From the human T2T-CHM13v2.0 reference genome, Homo sapiens: DNA of 64,000 bases. The position numbers and the translations under genes are program-made. Every line of letters begins with the position of its first letter. The first letter of the stretch is position 1. This document shows, piece by piece, positions 62,620 through 64,000 of the stretch. The notes under the pieces were generated by a model that was given only the letters and a program-made list of their open reading frames with translations, had not been told where the DNA came from and ran no database searches. The stretch lies in NCBI RefSeq assembly GCF_009914755.1, contig NC_060929.1; one strand, written 5' to 3'.

Positions 62620-63570
62620 CAAGATATATAAGTCGGAAACCTACAGAATAGATTATTTTATATTAGATGTTAAAATTTAAAAAACTTCATGACAAAAAAC
62701 ACTATGAACCAAGTTTAAAGACAAATCACACACTAGAAAATGTTATGTGCAATTCAACTGACATAGAGCTAGTATTCATAATACGCAAACAATTTCTATA
62801 AATCAATATAAAGAATCCAATAGAAAAATGGAAATTATATGGAGAGGTAATTTATAGAAGAAGAAACCTGGATATGCCAATAACCATACAAAGAGTTGCT
62901 CACGCTCACTGGTTCTCACTACAAATTTAAATAAGGAAATACCATTTCATATTTACCCCACTGGCAAAACTGAAAGTGTCTGACTGCTGATGGGACTGTA
63001 CAGCTGCCACAGAGAGAAATTTGACAATTCCTATTGAATTAAATAAACATGTATAAACCACAGTACTCAGCAATTCCACTTCTAGATATATTCAATGTGG
63101 AAAATCCAACACAAGTCCACAATGAATCTTGTGTAAGGAGGATAATTTTAGTACATATTCGAAGTGGAAAATTGGAATGAACACAATTATTTATTAACGA
63201 AGGAAAGAATGAATAAACTACCAATGATTAATCAAGAGGAATATATTAAAGTAATTAAAATGTGTCAATATGAAAAAGTCCAAACTATAATACTAAATGA
63301 GTATTTCATCAAAGATTATGTACCAGGTGACAGTACATATAAAAATGGTAACTATAAATACTATATATTTTTATGGCTACCTATGTAGTGAAAGTATAGA
63401 ATCCTTTTAAGATATTTTTTAAAAACTCTAAATTTAGGACAATAGTTGCTACTGGGGAGAAAAGAGCTTGAAATGGGAATGTAGAAATATACCAGAGACT
63501 TTACCATTTTATGATGCAAAAATGTCAAAATGATAACATGTCTTAAATTTGCAGGAGAGTACATAAGAAT
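62620..63570 (+). mobile_element. L1ME-type 3' fragment
   Basis: aatccaatagaaaaatgg, ctcagcaattccacttctagatatat; heavily diverged. Confidence 0.7.
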
Positions 63571-63859
63571 TTGCTAAATAGTTTGGGGTTAAGTAATTCA
63601 GAAATGAAAATTAAAAATTAATAGAGGTACTTAGAGTTTAAAGTAATAAATGCTGTATCAGATATCTTCAAAAGCGTTTATAAGAAAACATTTTATGATG
63701 TATTTTACATTATAGATATTTTAAATTTAATGAGGGAAAGTGCTGTTCTCTTGGATGACTAAGTAAGCAGGAATTTTGTGCAGTTATGATTAGAACCACT
63801 GGACCCAGCAAGAAAAGTATGCTTGATCAACAGATAATTGGGAGAAAGGCTCTGGATCC

Positions 63860-63990
63860 CATTTATCAATTCATTTAGCAATTACAAATTGAGCGTCTGC
63901 CATGTTCTTAGCAACAATCCAGGTGCTAAATATCTAAACAGACAAAAGTTCTTGCCATCATGAAACTCACATATGCATAGGTAGAGAAAG
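63860..63990 (-). mobile_element. L2 3' end
   Basis: cattt..tgagcgtctgccatgttc..aggtgcta..aaacagacaaaagttcttgccatcatgaaactcaca. Confidence 0.65.
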
Positions 63991-64000
63991 AAAACTGGCA

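Overview
Human genomic DNA (a human-specific L1HS pre-Ta element is present), AT-rich and dominated by interspersed repeats. It is most likely intronic sequence of a large + strand gene. I find one convincing internal coding exon (53486-53601, ..QLKGNDLTVLHLLVIEGKWEAVRKFPFKKYIVNTAIVK) but cannot name the gene. 1-18 kb is a deeply nested stack of L1, LTR, Alu and DNA-transposon remnants. 35.1-37.5 kb is a Ricksha (MULE/MuDR) fossil. 37.9-42.6 kb is an internally deleted L1PA4/5 that carries a nested young L1HS pre-Ta insertion with an 82-bp 3' transduction. 55.8-60.7 kb is an LTR/ERVL cluster. The most unusual pattern is a set of short locally templated copies inserted near their donors (a ~197-bp inverted copy, 95-, 58-, 21- and 13-bp direct copies, and a 9-bp fold-back), which look like template-switch/repair scars. 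I see no evidence for a new multi-gene system. Nearly all listed ORFs are repeat-derived or spurious. Repeat subfamily names come from recalled consensus sequences, not a database search, and boundaries of old repeats are approximate.
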